Made by a program: the position numbers and the translations under genes. 64,000 nt of DNA from Squalus acanthias (lineage: Eukaryota): assembly GCA_030390025.1 (NCBI GenBank), contig CM059431.1, positions 123,382,001-123,446,000 of the forward strand, given 5' to 3'. The notes under the pieces are model-generated. The model saw nothing but the letters and a program-made list of their open reading frames with translations. It was not told the origin of the DNA and made no database searches. Numbering within the stretch: position 1 is the stretch's first letter; each line of letters opens with the position of its first letter. Positions 61,130 through 64,000 of this stretch are shown here, piece by piece.

Positions 61130-64000
61130 GGGCTCGATTTTGCCAGGCCCGAGGAGGTGGGATTGGAGGCGTGTGAGTTGTTAAAATCACCAAAAATGGC
61201 GGGCGGTACTGATTCCACCTCCATCCCGCCTCCGAGCAATTTTCCCAAATGCATGTTTTCTGATCCCCTTTCCATCCCGCCTCCAAGAGGCAGAATTGGC
61301 CCTTAAGGCCCTTAACAAACACTTAATAGCCTCTATAATCCCATTTTGAGAGGCCTTTCTGATTTTTAGTCATTCCTGCCATTCTTCATGCCTCCTCTGG
61401 AACACGCCAGTGAATCCTGGCGGCCTCACAAGTGGACTGCTTACTCACAGCTGCAGCTCCACCATTACAAAGGAGTTCTCACCAATGATCATTTGCAGGT
61501 CGCAGAACTTTGTTGTCTCAGGTCTGGGGGAACTTTTAGCAGGCCTACTCAGTGTTGTGGAAGTTTGGAGCCTGGCACCCATCTCCAGTGTGACCTCCTG
61601 GGAAACCCTTCTCACCACCTTGACAAAGCGCTTCCTCAACTGAGGCATATTCCAGAAGAATGGCAAACATTCCTTTCCTCCTGGACATCAGATTCAGACG
61701 CAGACCAGCCGCGGCAGCAGCAGAACCATGAGCAACAGCAGCACCAACAGCAGGAGCATCAACAGGTGGGCCAAGCTGCTAGCCACCCACCTTAAGTTGC
61801 ACAGGCCAGAAGACGTCAGCGCGCAACAACATTGCTGCCCGGGATGCAAGGGACGCATTCATCCTGGCCAGATTTGCTTAGCCTGCACAATCAAACACTT
61901 TAGTCTCGCTCCTTCTTACCAGAGCATCGACAATGGAGAAGAACCTGCGGAATCCTATCACTCTGACCACCATTCTGACAATCGCAAGGCGCCCTAAGTC
62001 CTCAATGTGAAAGTCCCATTTGCGAAATGACACAGGCCACAACTGCAACAGTTTGCCATCAAAACTCTTTATAATACAATCACAATAATGGCTGGTCCAA
62101 AAACAAAACAACACAGCACCCAAGTGACTACCCTTGTGACTACTTGTGCTTTACCTTCCTCTTATGCGTGCTCCTACGTGGTGCTTCCCCTGTGGCTTCA
62201 GCAGATGTGGAGGCCCCTTGCTCACTCTCTTGCTGCTCCTGTCTCGACACCTTTGGCGGGCGTCCTCTGGGGTGGTGAACCTGTGTGGGCTCACCAACAG
62301 TCTGCTGCTCCTGCGGCTGTGCAGGGGCTGAGACGCCCATCTCAGTTGGGTGAGGACTCTGGTGGGGCTCTGACCGAGGGCTTTGCTGTGACATGGTTGT
62401 GTGAGCGCTTGGAGAGGAGCCCCCACTTCCTTGTTGTCTGCCACCAACATCCCTCTCTTGTGTCAGCCCCACTTCAGAGCTAGCAAGTGGCTTGATAGCA
62501 CCTTGCTGCACTGCAGGGGGCCATGAGGACCCATTTCTGCACTGGAAGTCCTACTCCAGAGGACTTGCATGAAGGTCTGGTTTGTTTGCTCAATAGCTGA
62601 CCATCACTCCTCAAGAGATGTCTTTCTATTCTGAACAATGACCATGTTTTCAATACCCTGGCGACTAAGCTCCTCCATGTACGTAGCCATCCTCTCCTCT
62701 ACGGTAGCCAGCCTTACCATGGAGGTAGCCATCCTTTCCACGGAGGTTGCCATCCTTTCCGTGGTGATGCGTTCATGCGCCAATGCCTCCACAAAGGCTC
62801 TGCTCATGTTAGCGATGGACTCCTCCATTCGTTCCACACTCGCAGTAACCCTGGCGACAAAACCTGCCAAAGACTCCTGCACCTGTTCCTGGAGTTCCAG
62901 CACTGCTCTCCTTCTGGATGGACCTGGAGGCATAGGTTCGGCATGCAGCTGAGCCGAGCTGGCAGAGTCCTGCGCCTTCCGACGAGGGCTCTCCACTGCT
63001 GTCCCTGTCTCCACCATCTGCTGATGCTCACTTGTGAGCTGTGATACACCAGGTGACAACACTACTCTATCTCGCGAAGGTCCCACCGAGTTGTGTGTGC
63101 GCTGGTGCTGGGTGCGCTGAATTCTGCTGACGCTGCGCCCTCAGAGGTTGCAGCTTCCTCTGAGGAGTCTGGAGGCTCAGGCTGTTCCTCCTGGATAGTG
63201 GGGACGGGGGCTCTCGATGGTCCTGTGGGGGAGTAAAGGAAAGAGTTGGAGATGTGAGGCCAAAGTTACATGCACATTGAATATTGCAGATGATCATAAG
63301 TCAATCTGTTAGAGCATTAGAATCATTATCAGTGACTCATGCTTTGTCAATGAGAGAGATGCCAAACTATTCTGTCACCAGCTTGTTGTGATGCGCCCGT
63401 ATGTCCGTCCCGTACTTGGATATCCTCCTCGATCCCAGCAATTTCTAGGGCCGCCTCCTCCCAGGGGGTCAGCTGGGCTACTGAGGGTGGCCCTCCTCCT
63501 GTCATGGCTCTTTCCCTTTTATTGTGGGCTCTCTTTTCCTGCAATGAGGGACACAAGTGGAGTTTGAGTGAGAATGAAGGAGTGAGTGTAGTGAATCCAT
63601 AGCATAGATGCTTAGAAGGATACAAAGGACCCTTCTTGTGTGTTGAAAGTTGTTGTTGTCATGGCATCACAGTGATAGGGAGTGTGAGGGCTACATGGTT
63701 GAATAGTTAAGTGAATGTGGCCATAGAGAGAGAGGCAATGGGTAAGGGTGCAGGGATGTAAGTGTCAAGCGGCATGTGGAGGAAGAGGTTGGCAAAGCAG
63801 AGTGCTGGTGAGGAGAGGCAATGGGGATCAGATTGAGGGAGATGGGAAAGTTATACTCACTTTTCCTGACTGGAGAAGGGCATAAAACCTCTTCCTGCAT
63901 TGCAGCCAGGTTCTGCGGCTCAACGAAATGGAGTTGACCTCCTGGGCCACTTGTAGCCACACAGCTTTTGTCTGCTGGGGTGGTTTTTTTCTCCCTGAGG
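61130..64000 (-). mobile_element. Harbinger element running off the window end (Myb/SANT gene on the - strand)
   Basis: TIR-like gggctcgatttt at 61130; exon 63538-63379 EKRAHNKRERAMTGGGPP; last exon ends APRRSTHKRKVKHK at 62140. Confidence 0.8.

Overview
Eukaryotic, repeat-dominated vertebrate DNA. The repeat inventory (CR1-type LINEs with 8-bp tail repeats, a SacSINE1-like DeuSINE, Penelope elements, many intron-containing Harbinger elements) suggests a cartilaginous fish; this is inference. I found no intact host gene. Most ORFs in the supplied track are transposon remnants or artefacts. Main contents: about ten PIF/Harbinger elements and MITEs, several CR1/L2-group LINE pieces, two TG..CA LTR-like inserts with 4-bp target-site duplications (TSDs), and a 6-kb GA-rich minisatellite with higher-order repeats. 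Less obvious: (1) a decayed minus-strand gene of unrecognised family with 14 exons (27265-44771, possibly extending to ~50.7 kb), 13 of which I could join in consistent splice phase; (2) a decayed copy of TPP2 exon 1 inside one of its introns; (3) two families of minimal hammerhead-ribozyme motifs, both at Penelope 3' ends and in short foldback inserts flanked by TSDs; (4) a LINE whose 5' end is a tRNA-like Pol III head. All coordinates were read by eye and no database searches were run.
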